Below, one piece after another: positions 10,594 through 20,112 of a stretch of DNA of 64,000 nt. Location: assembly GCA_036679605.1 (NCBI GenBank), contig JAZDCZ010000407.1, positions 32,001 through 96,000 on the forward strand, given 5' to 3'. The DNA is from Gemmatimonadota bacterium. GTDB taxonomy: Bacteria > Gemmatimonadota > Gemmatimonadetes > Gemmatimonadales > GWC2-71-9. The notes beneath the pieces are model-generated. The model saw nothing but the letters and a program-made list of their open reading frames with translations, searched no databases and was not told the origin of the DNA. How positions within the stretch are numbered: position 1 is the first letter of the stretch; each line of letters begins with the position of its first letter. Made by a program: the position numbers and the translations under genes.

Positions 10594-11650
10594 CTAGGAT
10601 GTCGTCCTTCGACTCGACCATGGTCGCGACGCATTTTTCCTCGTCTTCAAGGTATTTCTTAAACGCATTCATGAAGTCGCCGCTTCCGTACGCACTCTTG
10701 ACCTGACTATATGCGACTTGGTTCACGATTGGCAGGAAATGTTCTTTTATGAGTTGGCAGGTCTCCTCGCTGTCGGATTCGCTTGAGTTGTCCCCGTCCG
10801 AGAAATAGAACAAATAGATGTTCCAGTCCTGCGGGTTGAATTTGGTTTGTGTGAGTTCCTTGACGACCTTGAACGCACTGCTAATCTTGGTTCCACCATC
10901 TTCTCGGATGTTGTAGAAGGTGTCTCGATCCACCTCTCCAGCGCGGTAGTCGTGCACCACATACCTGCTCTCGATGCCGTCGTAGTTGCGTCGGAGCCAT
11001 GCGTCGATCCAGAATGCTTGCGTCCGGACGATCTCCTTTTGTTCGTTGCCCATCGAACCGGAAACATCCATCATATATATAGCCACGGCGCAGGACTGCG
11101 GGTTCTGTATGGTTGTCCAACTCCGGTATAACTTGTCGTCTCGCTCTATGACCACTGTGGGGTTGTCTGGATTATAATTTCCCTCGATGATATGGCGTTT
11201 CATCGCTTTCCTGAAGGTGCGTTTGAAGTGCCTCAACGATTCTGGGCCTGTGGGACGCAGTCCGCTGTACTTGGCTTTGTCGTCCGTGATGTTCTTCTTG
11301 CCCTTCGGTTCGATGCGCGGAAGCTGGAGCTCCTCGCCCAATATGTCCGCCAATTCCTCGAGGGTTAAATCCACCTCTAAAATGTGTTGGCCAACATTGG
11401 TGCCGCCTGGTCCCATCCCACCATGCCCATCACCCTGCCCATCGCCCGGCTTCGCTTGCCCGTCACCCACGCCACCACTGTTGTCGCCGTATCGGAAACG
11501 TGGAATCTCGATGGACTTGATCGGTATGGAGATCAGTTTTTTGCCTTGCTGGCCAATCATCTCGCCGCTGGAGATGTGTTTCTTGAGATCTTCCCGAACT
11601 TTGCCTTTGACTATCTCACGGAATCTCTTGTGATCCCTTCGGATTTTCAT
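10559..11650 (-). CDS. DUF444 / YeaH-YhbH family vWA-like protein
   Basis: MKIRRDHKRF, IPRFRYG, LPRIEPKG, MMDVSGSM, FSDGDN. Confidence 0.9.
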   Translation of the reverse strand: MKIRRDHKRFREIVKGKVREDLKKHISSGEMIGQQGKKLISIPIKSIEIPRFRYGDNSGGVGDGQAKPGDGQGDGHGGMGPGGTNVGQHILEVDLTLEELADILGEELQLPRIEPKGKKNITDDKAKYSGLRPTGPESLRHFKRTFRKAMKRHIIEGNYNPDNPTVVIERDDKLYRSWTTIQNPQSCAVAIYMMDVSGSMGNEQKEIVRTQAFWIDAWLRRNYDGIESRYVVHDYRAGEVDRDTFYNIREDGGTKISSAFKVVKELTQTKFNPQDWNIYLFYFSDGDNSSESDSEETCQLIKEHFLPIVNQVAYSQVKSAYGSGDFMNAFKKYLEDEEKCVATMVESKDDILDAIKTLFGKGL

Positions 11651-12239
11651 AAAGTGTGAGCGGGGACACCACCGGTCTTGTGCCGGTGGAGGAAAGCGAA
11701 CCCCCGCATTCCTCCTTTCGATAGAATGTTGTGTGAAGATGGTTCGTACAGTGTCATTGCGTCCAGACCTTCCGAAGGGTAGGTTCCTCCCCATGTTGGA
11801 GACTTGTGTCGAAATTTTCGACGAACATACCAAGTGGGCTACCGAGAATCGAACATACAGCAAGCAAAAAGCCCATGAGGGACTCTACCGCAGCATCCGC
11901 GAATCCCAGGCCGATGCACTGGGCAAGACGGTCGCGACCGTCTCCCCCGCGTACACCAGCCAGCGATGCTTCGAGTGCGGACACACGGAGTCCAGGAACA
12001 GACGGGGTTCCAGATTCCTCTGCAGGATGTGCGGTGTTTGTCGTCATTCCGATACCAATGCTGCCAAGAACATCCTTTTCGTGCATGAGACAGATGCCAA
12101 ACTGCATGCGTCAATATCCCGTTCTCCCATCTCGCGCCGCAAAGCGCTCGGTGGGCAGGCTGTCGTCAATCAGCCGACGATGCGGCGGGCCAACACGGCC
12201 TAGCTGCAAACCACTGGCCTCGTGCCGGTGGTAATTGAC
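11651..12239 (+). mobile_element. IS200/IS605-type tnpB element, copy B (internal deletion; ORF 11733-12203)
   Basis: TTCAT, then left-end hairpin CCACCGGTCTTGTGCCGGTGG; tnpB N-terminus fused directly to the Zn finger; ends GGTAATTGAC. Confidence 0.9.
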
Positions 12240-12287
12240 AAGTTTCTGGCTCCCCTTTAGGTATTGCCCTATGGATTATACGCACGG

Positions 12288-12857
12288 TCATTTTGCCAGT
12301 ATCCTTCTCCATGATTCCGGCGTAGCCCCTCTGACCCTCTTGGCGAACATTGGGGACCATCTTGGCTCGAATGGTTCTCGGATCAGCTTCACGCCAGCCT
12401 GACGCGGAGTGCGACCACCTTTCGATACATTGCACCTGAAGCACGCCGCTACGACATTCTCCCAGACCAGCCTGCCCCCCTGTGATTTGGGTATGATATG
12501 ATCCAAGGACAGCTCCGACTCTGGGAATTTCCTTCCGCAATACTGGCATCGGTGTCCATCCCTTTTGCACACGGTGGATTTGTTCAGGTTGACCCTTGAG
12601 TTGCGAAATTTCTGCACAGCGTTGGTCACAACGATCTCTGGGGCGTCGAAGACCGTGTTGGTTGTGTGAACAGGCCTCCCAGCCGGCGTACCACGATCCA
12701 CCCATTGCTCGAATCCATAAGTTGAGAAGTCCGTAGGATCGACGAAAAGGTGTCCCCGTCCGTAGCACATACAGATGGCTCTGAAGGCAGGGACGACATT
12801 TATCGCCCTCCACGCTTGGTCGAGCACGAGACAGGATTTGTTCAGCCAAGAAGGCAT
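12288..12857 (-). CDS. HNH endonuclease
   Basis: RDGHRCQYCG, LDHIIPKSQGG..WENVVAACFRCN. Confidence 0.9.
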   Translation of the reverse strand: MPSWLNKSCLVLDQAWRAINVVPAFRAICMCYGRGHLFVDPTDFSTYGFEQWVDRGTPAGRPVHTTNTVFDAPEIVVTNAVQKFRNSRVNLNKSTVCKRDGHRCQYCGRKFPESELSLDHIIPKSQGGRLVWENVVAACFRCNVSKGGRTPRQAGVKLIREPFEPRWSPMFAKRVRGATPESWRRILAK

Positions 12858-12911
12858 GGGGTTCTCTCATCAGTCAAACACGAACTAGGACTACAATACA
12901 AACGTCATGCC

Positions 12912-13550
12912 CTATGACGAAGTTATAAGCATGAACGCCATCTTCGCGAATCCGGACATCTCGATCCGGTTCGCTGTCCCGTCGCGGTCATAGAGCGATA
13001 GACATGTCTCCAGCACTGGCCTCCAATAGCGCTTAGTGCTGTCCAGGCACAGCAATTCATTTCGCATTTGCGGATGATCCGCCTTCGGTCGGATGAGAGC
13101 CACCCGCCCGCGGTTCCCTAGAATCTCGATCGCCCTCTTGATGCGCCGTCGGTAACCCCGTATCTCCTCGTTGTTCGGGAAGAAATTCCTGTTCAGTCCC
13201 GCTGGATCCACAGGTTTCGGTATCTCGTCGAGGAAGACGGCGACATGGGTCTTTGGCTGCATGAGCGCGGCCCACATATCTGCCTTGATCCTATCCATGC
13301 CGTCTCTCGCGTACGGCGACACACTGGCCTCCTCTTTGCCGTATCCACCTATCATGTCGAGGATGGATTTTGCTTTTGGCCTCCAAATGCGCCGCGCCAC
13401 GGCCTCGAAATCATCCACCGTGCGTTGGAAGCCCCATGCGGCGCACATGCCCCTCTTGCGAGCCTCTGTCACGAAGAGACTTGCGGTTTTACCGCCTAAC
13501 GCCACAACACTACTGCCCGTCGTCATCGTCATTATCCTTCTCGTATCCAT
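12912..13550 (-). CDS. Hypothetical protein
   Basis: 212-aa ORF in the same-strand gene run. Confidence 0.55.
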   Translation of the reverse strand: MDTRRIMTMTTGSSVVALGGKTASLFVTEARKRGMCAAWGFQRTVDDFEAVARRIWRPKAKSILDMIGGYGKEEASVSPYARDGMDRIKADMWAALMQPKTHVAVFLDEIPKPVDPAGLNRNFFPNNEEIRGYRRRIKRAIEILGNRGRVALIRPKADHPQMRNELLCLDSTKRYWRPVLETCLSLYDRDGTANRIEMSGFAKMAFMLITSS

Positions 13551-14520
13551 TTGGGTTCTCTGCGTGCCACTCTGCCGCCGACCTGACTATGTCCTCTATG
13601 TCGTATCTCGGCTCCCACCCGAGCTCCGTCTGTATTTTGGTAGGGTCGGCATACAATTCCGGCGGATCGCCCGCCCGCCGCCGCGCAGGATTCACTGTGA
13701 TCTCCGAGTGCATCACCCTCCGCACTATGTCGATGATCTCCTTGACAGAGGTACCCCAACCAGTGCCGACATTGAAGCACCTGAACTCGCCCTCCTTTTG
13801 TGATTCGATGGCCGCGATGTGCGCCGTAGCCAAGTCATCGACATGGATATAATCTCTCACCGCCGAGCCGTCTTTCGTCGGATAATCCACCCCAAACACG
13901 CGCACTCGCTCATTCTGATCCAAGGCAGCTCGTACAACCAGCGGGATGAGATGCACCTCTTCGGGATGTGCCTCGCCCAATTCACCGTTCGCCGACGCGC
14001 CTGCCGCGTTGAAGTACCGCAGCGATGTGCTGCCCAGCCCCCACGCCCGGGAACAGTCGTCTAGTATGCGCTCCACCATGAGTTTGCTGCTTCCGTACGG
14101 CGAGATCGGTAGGCACGGCATCTCCTCTGTTATCGGTGTGGCTAGAGGTATGCCGTAGACGGAACAGGACGAGCTGAACACGATCTTTTTCACGCCGGAC
14201 CACGCCATCGCCCTGAGCAGGTTGAGGGTGTTGCCGACATTCTGCACATAGTAGTTGACTGGGTGTTCCAAGCTTTCGTTTACATTGAGCGCGCCAGCGA
14301 AGTGCATGACCCCGTCAATCTTGGTGCGCATGATGTCATCCAACGCTTCCAGATCGGACAGGTCGGCGACGATCAGCTTTGCCCTTCGATCCACTGCCTT
14401 GGCGTGTCCGGTAGACAAATTGTCGTAGACGACAATATCGTACCTGCGGTCGCATAGCATGCGCACGCAGTGTGAACCCACATAACCCGCCCCGCCAGTA
14501 ACCAGAACCCTCATGGACAT
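13510..14520 (-). CDS. galE: UDP-glucose 4-epimerase
   Basis: VLVTGGAGYVGSH, YGSSK, LRYFNAAGA, RDYIHVDDLA. Confidence 0.95.
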   Translation of the reverse strand: MSMRVLVTGGAGYVGSHCVRMLCDRRYDIVVYDNLSTGHAKAVDRRAKLIVADLSDLEALDDIMRTKIDGVMHFAGALNVNESLEHPVNYYVQNVGNTLNLLRAMAWSGVKKIVFSSSCSVYGIPLATPITEEMPCLPISPYGSSKLMVERILDDCSRAWGLGSTSLRYFNAAGASANGELGEAHPEEVHLIPLVVRAALDQNERVRVFGVDYPTKDGSAVRDYIHVDDLATAHIAAIESQKEGEFRCFNVGTGWGTSVKEIIDIVRRVMHSEITVNPARRRAGDPPELYADPTKIQTELGWEPRYDIEDIVRSAAEWHAENPNGYEKDNDDDDGQ

Positions 14521-14527
14521 CCCACCT

Positions 14528-15007
14528 CTACTTGTATTCGGTTCCCCAGTCGAAATCAAAGCAATCCCAAGCGCCCCGTTCCTCGTCCGGCTTTGCCGGA
14601 TTGTATTTCTTAGTCACATGATATAGCAGTAGGGCATTTTTGCCGCCGATCGCGACGCCGCCATGCCACATCCCAGCCGGGATGTGGAGTACGCCCGGTC
14701 TGTGCTCGCCGAGGTACACCGCTTTGCCTGAACCGCTAGGTAGAACAATTTTGATGACGGTTTCGCCGTCCGGTGTCCCATTAGCTAGCCGGAGTTCTGT
14801 GACCATTTGCGAGTCCTCAGTGTTAAACAGCCCGATTTTCATATCTCCCGACAGCGGAATCCAGTAATCGTCTTGTAGGGCATGCCTATGCCACGCTTTC
14901 ACCGCGCCCACATACATGGTCGAAGCATTGAATTGTCCAGGCAGCTCCCCCACATGGTCGAGGAGAGACATAGCCGATCGTCCACGGTCGTCTGAGAACA
15001 CATGCAT
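14528..15007 (-). CDS. dTDP-4-dehydrorhamnose 3,5-epimerase-like cupin (RmlC-like)
   Basis: VFSDDRG, VKAWHRH..QDD, HIPAGMWHG, Y.P..PDE. Confidence 0.8.
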   Translation of the reverse strand: MHVFSDDRGRSAMSLLDHVGELPGQFNASTMYVGAVKAWHRHALQDDYWIPLSGDMKIGLFNTEDSQMVTELRLANGTPDGETVIKIVLPSGSGKAVYLGEHRPGVLHIPAGMWHGGVAIGGKNALLLYHVTKKYNPAKPDEERGAWDCFDFDWGTEYK

Positions 15008-15050
15008 TGTTTACACCCCCTTCGTATGATTCTAGCCGCTAGAACCAATC

Positions 15051-15659
15051 ATGAGAGCGTTTTGGATTTGGATTGCGATATGCGCACTGAATTTCGTGGC
15101 GGTCGGACTCTTCGACGCGGTCACACAGCCGACGGGTGTATATTATCTCGATTTCACTGGCGGCGCGGTTCGGCTGAACACAATGTATCCTCTTGGGACA
15201 TCGGCGGATCTTCGTGTGCCGCCGTTTGGAGGCAGAACTCAAGCGGTACTCAAGGCCGTCAGGGCCGACTTTGCCCGTTGGCCCGACATCCGGATTGAGA
15301 TCGGCGAGTCACACGACCATTGCGACGGCAATGTCGTGTTTGTGGGCGATTTGAAAGCCACGGGCGGATTGCTTGGCATAGCTGCGGAAGTAGATACAGG
15401 CGATATCTCACATGATGACAGGGCGGTCGTGTTCGCGGCCAGCATTGTATCTAGTCCGTACGGTCTGACGGATGATGAAAAACTTCAAGCTGTGGCCAAT
15501 GTGGTCAGCCATGAGATTGGGCATCTACTCGGCTTCAGTCATGTCGGGTTCAAGGATGATATTATGGTGCAGGGTTTTTTCAAGGTCGATCAGGCTTTTC
15601 TTCTCCACCAACAGTCGTATGTCGATAGGAGATCCCTTTGGCTGGCATGTACGAGATAG
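15051..15659 (+). CDS. Secreted metzincin (matrixin-like) metalloprotease
   Basis: Hydrophobic N-terminus; HEIGHLLGFSH followed by DIM Met-turn. Confidence 0.8.
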   Translation: MRAFWIWIAICALNFVAVGLFDAVTQPTGVYYLDFTGGAVRLNTMYPLGTSADLRVPPFGGRTQAVLKAVRADFARWPDIRIEIGESHDHCDGNVVFVGDLKATGGLLGIAAEVDTGDISHDDRAVVFAASIVSSPYGLTDDEKLQAVANVVSHEIGHLLGFSHVGFKDDIMVQGFFKVDQAFLLHQQSYVDRRSLWLACTR

Positions 15660-16375
15660 TCAGGCGGCGATACGCTGGTCAAATGGTGGACTTGATCCGC
15701 ATATCTGCGGATGTCTGGAGAGAGGCTCTGAAGGAGGACAAGTCTAGGCAAGGGTGGCACGGCCCGAAGCGTAAGACTAACCACTGGCTGGGGAAGCAGG
15801 AGCAGGTACTCGGGAACGGCGCGGAGATAATGGCTCGGATGTACCTTGAATCTCTGGGTGTCCGTGATTGGAGAGCCGCTCCTCTCTTCAACGATAAGTT
15901 CCACAAGCCACTGGAGCAGGGTGGATCTCCGGATTGGGACTTGGAGTTCCTTCCGCACGATGGAGAGGATTTTCCCATCGATGTAAAGGCTACCGGATGC
16001 GGACCACGGCCAAAGTGGGTTATGCGCGTCAAAGAGGAGGAATACAAACCACATCCGCGCCTCGTGTTTTTCGCCACATTGATGATCTCATTGCGCGACC
16101 CGACGCTCGGCGTGCAGGGCTGTGGTTACATACGGAGATTGCCTGGATACATGCTTCCGTTCCATTACATTGAGAACAAGTTTGTCGAGACCGTTCCGCC
16201 TGTCCCGGTGGAGGAACCGTTCGCGCCGCACAAGGCATGTCGCGTATTCCCGTTCCCTGGCTTCGTCCATTCCGCGATGGTCACCGGAAAGACAACCCTT
16301 GGTCCCCCGCTGAAGCTGCTCACTAAAAAATCCTTGCTTCGCATGTTTGGGAGGTCTATAATCAGACAGTCATGA
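15638..16375 (+). CDS. Hypothetical protein, possible PD-(D/E)XK nuclease
   Basis: G..AE, PDWD...IDVK pattern. Confidence 0.5.
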   Translation: MAGMYEIVRRRYAGQMVDLIRISADVWREALKEDKSRQGWHGPKRKTNHWLGKQEQVLGNGAEIMARMYLESLGVRDWRAAPLFNDKFHKPLEQGGSPDWDLEFLPHDGEDFPIDVKATGCGPRPKWVMRVKEEEYKPHPRLVFFATLMISLRDPTLGVQGCGYIRRLPGYMLPFHYIENKFVETVPPVPVEEPFAPHKACRVFPFPGFVHSAMVTGKTTLGPPLKLLTKKSLLRMFGRSIIRQS

Positions 16376-16384
16376 TGCACCGCC

Positions 16385-16966
16385 ATGAAAGGTAACCAGA
16401 GCAGACAACCAGAACCCTCCCACCGGGTGAATGAGCGCATACGGGTTTCCCCCGTCATGCTCATCGCCTCCGATGGGAATAAATTAGGCGTCACCTCGAC
16501 CTCGACGGCTATGGAAATGGCTAGGGATGAGGGTCTGGATCTCGTCGAGATTGTCCCCACCGCCCGACCGCCCGTGTGCCGGATAATGGATTTTGGTAAG
16601 TTTCGGTATGACAAGGGCAAATCCAAGAAGTCCCAGAAGAAACAAGCACAGCTCAAAGAGGTACGGCTGAGGCCGAAGACAGATGTGGCCGACAAGGCTA
16701 GGGTGGTGGGCAAGGCTAGGAAATTCCTTGTGGCGGGTCATCCGGTTCAGTTCACCATGCTGTTCCGTGGTAGGGAAAACGCATTCAAGGCTGATGGCAT
16801 GCGGGCGATGTCTGATATCGCCGCCACTTTGGACGATGTCGGACAGCTAGACAGGCCTCCGACCCCCGCTGGTCGCAGAGCCACGATGGTTATATCGCCG
16901 CGCAAACAGACGAAATCGCCCGTGATCCGGAAAAACCCGCCTGCTTCTCCCCAAGAGTCGCAATAG
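16385..16966 (+). CDS. infC: Translation initiation factor IF-3
   Basis: VNERIR, GLDLVEI, PPVCRIMDFGKFRY, KEVRLRP, FRGRE. Confidence 0.95.
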   Translation: MKGNQSRQPEPSHRVNERIRVSPVMLIASDGNKLGVTSTSTAMEMARDEGLDLVEIVPTARPPVCRIMDFGKFRYDKGKSKKSQKKQAQLKEVRLRPKTDVADKARVVGKARKFLVAGHPVQFTMLFRGRENAFKADGMRAMSDIAATLDDVGQLDRPPTPAGRRATMVISPRKQTKSPVIRKNPPASPQESQ

Positions 16967-17052
16967 TCTTTGATTCCGTAGGCGAACCGCTGCTCGACTA
17001 TATATCTGTGTGAGGGGTAGCCTCCCTGAAAACGAAGCATAGGAGAACCGAA

Positions 17053-17448
17053 ATGTTCGATCGACCGACCGTGAAAAAGACTCGTGACAAGATTCAGGCC
17101 GTCTTGGACATCCTGTCCAAGGAACTGGGATGCCAAATCAAGGTCGGCCGCGCGTCCTTCGCCCGCGATGGCTCCAATTGCACCTTCAAGGTGGAGTGTG
17201 CCATCATGTCTGCCGACGGTACGGTGGAGACGAAGGAGGTGACGGCTTTTCGCAAGATGGCGTCGTTGTATGGCCTGTCGCCGAACGATCTCGGAAAGGT
17301 ATTCACCAACGCTGGCGAAAAGTTCACTATTAGCGGACTCAAACCGAAGGCAAATAAATATCCGATTCTGGCGACGCGGTCGGATGGCAAGGGCTTCAAG
17401 TTCCCTGTGGACATGGTGAAGTTGGCTCTCGCCGCAGCAGCGGCGTAA
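17053..17448 (+). CDS. Hypothetical protein
   Basis: AGGAG RBS; 131-aa ORF. Confidence 0.7.
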   Translation: MFDRPTVKKTRDKIQAVLDILSKELGCQIKVGRASFARDGSNCTFKVECAIMSADGTVETKEVTAFRKMASLYGLSPNDLGKVFTNAGEKFTISGLKPKANKYPILATRSDGKGFKFPVDMVKLALAAAAA

Positions 17449-17470
17449 TGTCTGTTACAGGAGGCTGAAA

Positions 17471-17599
17471 ATGGGAATCGGAGCAGTATTGTGCATTTGG
17501 GTGGCTTTCATCGTGGTTGTGTTGGCCATCGGCAGGGGGTTCGGCGACACCCTAAAACGGCAGCCCTTGGATCGCGTGGAGGAACGGAAAAATGGCTAG
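17471..17599 (+). CDS. Small membrane protein (42 aa, below the ORF-track cutoff)
   Basis: GGAGG RBS; MGIGAVLCIWVAFIVVVLAIGRG hydrophobic helix. Confidence 0.55.
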   Translation: MGIGAVLCIWVAFIVVVLAIGRGFGDTLKRQPLDRVEERKNG

Positions 17600-17745
17600 T
17601 GCGCCTTGGGCAAGATATTTGGATGATTTGGATGATTTTCCTGCGCGGGCTGGGTATAATAAGGTTGTGATGTGTGTGTCCGGCGCGAACCGGACGGGAT
17701 TCGGCGTCCGGGTGTACCGGGCAGCACTAAAAAGGAGGAAAAGGT

Positions 17746-17961
17746 ATGTTTAAGATGTTGAAGCGGAGCAAGGGTTTTGTGTTTGGTATTCTTACGACTG
17801 TGGCGGTCGTTTTCGCGGCCATCCATTTCGGGTTCGTTAAGGTTGATCTCACGGTCACCGAGAAGGGCCAGACAGCCATTGATCGAGGTTCGGCCTTGAT
17901 CGACACGGCGGTTGAGGGCACCACAGGTCTCTTCGGGGACGACAATAAAACCAACGACTAG
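17746..17961 (+). CDS. Small membrane protein
   Basis: AGGAGG RBS, upstream TATAAT, one hydrophobic helix. Confidence 0.7.
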   Translation: MFKMLKRSKGFVFGILTTVAVVFAAIHFGFVKVDLTVTEKGQTAIDRGSALIDTAVEGTTGLFGDDNKTND

Positions 17962-17977
17962 ACCGCGAGCGGATTTG

Positions 17978-18013
17978 GAAAGGGCACCCTGGTTTCGGGG
18001 TGCCTTTTTTTTT
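17978..18013 (+). terminator. Intrinsic terminator immediately before a tRNA gene
   Basis: GGGCACCCT/GGGGTGCCT stem plus T-run. Confidence 0.85.
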
Positions 18014-18014
18014 G

Positions 18015-18089
18015 GGGAGTGTAGCTTAGTCTGGTTAAAGCAGTCGACTCATAATCGACCGATCGTGGGTTCGAATCCCACCGCTCCCA
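18015..18089 (+). tRNA. tRNA with CAT anticodon (elongator Met or Ile2)
   Basis: Full cloverleaf: GGGAGTG/CGCTCCC, GTCGA-CTCATAA-TCGAC, GTTCGAATC; no encoded CCA. Confidence 0.9.
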
Positions 18090-18138
18090 TAGAGCAATGT
18101 CCCACGCAACTCGCTGAATTGCCGACGAGGAACTCATC

Positions 18139-18591
18139 ATGAGCAGAAGCACACAATTCGTAGGGATGACCGCTGCGGGCGTGGCGTTCACGGAAACTTT
18201 GGAATTGACAGGCCGATATGTTGGGGCGCACGGAATCGCCTCTGAAGATATCGAACTCGGCTTGTGGTGCGACTCCGACGGCAACAAATACCGAGAGGTC
18301 TCACAAATCATTTCTTGGTCGTCTGGTCCGTGCATATTCACTTGTTTGGAGGTTCGATGGGCTAACGAAGAATCTCCAGCCACATCATCGGAGGATGCAC
18401 TAGAACAGGTCCGGGCGCGTCTGAGGGAGACTGCAAATGGAGATGGAGCCGATATTAATGCGACCACCGCCCTTGATATGCTTACCTTATTGGATGTTTG
18501 TCCGTATACATTACTTTTCGAGTGGACACTCGACCCTTCGCTCGAGGACGATACAGAGTGGGATTATGACCGTGGAGCGTACTGGGTTTGA
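18139..18591 (+). CDS. Hypothetical protein
   Basis: GAGGA RBS; 150 aa. Confidence 0.6.
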   Translation: MSRSTQFVGMTAAGVAFTETLELTGRYVGAHGIASEDIELGLWCDSDGNKYREVSQIISWSSGPCIFTCLEVRWANEESPATSSEDALEQVRARLRETANGDGADINATTALDMLTLLDVCPYTLLFEWTLDPSLEDDTEWDYDRGAYWV

Positions 18592-18620
18592 TTTGCTGAC
18601 ATTCATCGCCTAATATAGGC

Positions 18621-19313
18621 ATGAATCGATTAATTGTAATGTTGTCATTGTGCCTCTCTGTACTTTTACATGGTTGTGGAACCGAAAGTCTCCGATCGTT
18701 TGCCTACCTCAGCAACACAGTGGTGTTGGATTGGACTGGTGGCGATAGCCCTCTTTGGGATGGCAGTCTACCCCCCATTGACCTCGCAGAATTCAAGTTA
18801 GATTGGCCCGATGAGAGGACACTGGCGGATGTAGAAGGTTTTAAGGAGATGGTACGTGCGGAGGTCGAGAATGTTCTGAATGGCTCTGGGTTGCATATGA
18901 CCATCGAGGGTGGCGAACAGCGACTCGGCATCACCGTGGTTCACTTCTCGCAGGTGACTGATCCCAAGAACCCAGCATCGCTGGGTCGGGGCCACTTTGA
19001 CATATGTAATGTCAGTGATCAGGACTACTCCATCATATATGCAGCAAAGTTTTTGGAAGGGCGGAGACTGGACGAGGCTGAGTGGGTGCGATTCTTCGCG
19101 AATGTAGCCGCGCACGAGATAGCCCACAACATCGGCTTCGACCATGTGGAACCCGGAGATGTGCCAGAGTCTGAGTTCACGGAGCTGATGCTCGTTGGGC
19201 AGACAACCTCGCAAAGGGTATCGGCGCAGAGAATAATCGTGGAACAGGACACATGCGCCCTGTTCGCCGCGAAGGCACAGTCGGATCGGCGTGGGCGATC
19301 GACACTTCCGTAG
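18621..19313 (+). CDS. Lipoprotein-like metzincin protease, paralog of 15051-15659
   Basis: LLHGC lipobox-like; LDWTGG vs LDFTGG; HEIAHNIGFDH..ELM. Confidence 0.75.
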   Translation: MNRLIVMLSLCLSVLLHGCGTESLRSFAYLSNTVVLDWTGGDSPLWDGSLPPIDLAEFKLDWPDERTLADVEGFKEMVRAEVENVLNGSGLHMTIEGGEQRLGITVVHFSQVTDPKNPASLGRGHFDICNVSDQDYSIIYAAKFLEGRRLDEAEWVRFFANVAAHEIAHNIGFDHVEPGDVPESEFTELMLVGQTTSQRVSAQRIIVEQDTCALFAAKAQSDRRGRSTLP

Positions 19314-19324
19314 ATAGGGAACAC

Positions 19325-19819
19325 ATGAAGCGCAGGCACCCGAGGCAGATTGTATCTCACACCGAACTCCGTCCAGGCGACAAATACGCATGGATCCGAG
19401 TAGAACACAACTGTGCCGCGCAGAAGACGACAGTCCGTTGCGAAAAGACGACATTCGTGGCCGCCTTGGCTGATGGCAAACTCGCCTCTGCCGCGGCTGC
19501 CATCATTCGCCACCCAGCTATCGACGGGGAGATGAGACTCACCACACACTGCATATGGGACGAGGTTGTACTTTCGCTTTGGACTCCCGACGGCACTTAT
19601 GTTGACACTTTCTCCGATTTTTTCGGGGATAGTATGGCTCCTTGGATACACCAGTTCATCGTCCCGTTGGGGGACTGGGACGCCGATCCGCGCGTACATG
19701 TGATTGATTGGATCAATCCGGACGATGTTTGTGAGGCCGCATTCACATGGGCCGAAGAAGAGGCGGAATTAAGGCATCGGAGGGATGTCGCTATGCGCCG
19801 AGCGCTCGGTTTTGAATAG
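19325..19819 (+). CDS. Hypothetical protein
   Basis: ORF following the protease with AGGGA RBS. Confidence 0.55.
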   Translation: MKRRHPRQIVSHTELRPGDKYAWIRVEHNCAAQKTTVRCEKTTFVAALADGKLASAAAAIIRHPAIDGEMRLTTHCIWDEVVLSLWTPDGTYVDTFSDFFGDSMAPWIHQFIVPLGDWDADPRVHVIDWINPDDVCEAAFTWAEEEAELRHRRDVAMRRALGFE

Positions 19820-20020
19820 TTCGCATGCTGTCCAGGGTGGAGGAAAAACGCCAGAGGCACAGTCGCGAGCGCCGCCGGACGCACGAAGCTGTCGGCTGCC
19901 CAATGAATTGAGTGATGGCTCCTGCCCGAAACATACTGGTACCTCGTGATCGAGAGGTCTCAAATAACCATTTAGCCGCTAACAATAATTGCTAACAAAA
20001 TGTTGGCTGGAGTCAATTAT

Positions 20021-20112
20021 TGGCACAGCCGGGAATCGAACCCGGTAGCAGAGTAATGTATCTCCACAAGCCGAGACCGCCAGAAGACAGAAGACGGGCT
20101 TTTTCCTGCACC
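20021..20112 (-). ncRNA. tRNA-like RNA with acceptor stem and T-arm but non-canonical D/anticodon region
   Basis: GGTGCAG/CTGTGCC-A acceptor; CCGGG-TTCGATT-CCCGG; TATAAT 5 nt upstream. Confidence 0.55.

Noticed and set aside
8821..12239. IStron (group I intron plus IS) explanation for the insertions
   Set aside because: The elements are antisense to the interrupted genes and the left-end region is too short for a group I core.
17746..18089. Second attenuator-controlled tRNA (terminator directly before tRNA-CAT)
   Set aside because: The upstream ORF is a 71-aa membrane protein with no ATG/ATA codons near its end and I saw no antiterminator; read-through is simpler. It does show that a terminator before a tRNA is not by itself evidence of attenuation.
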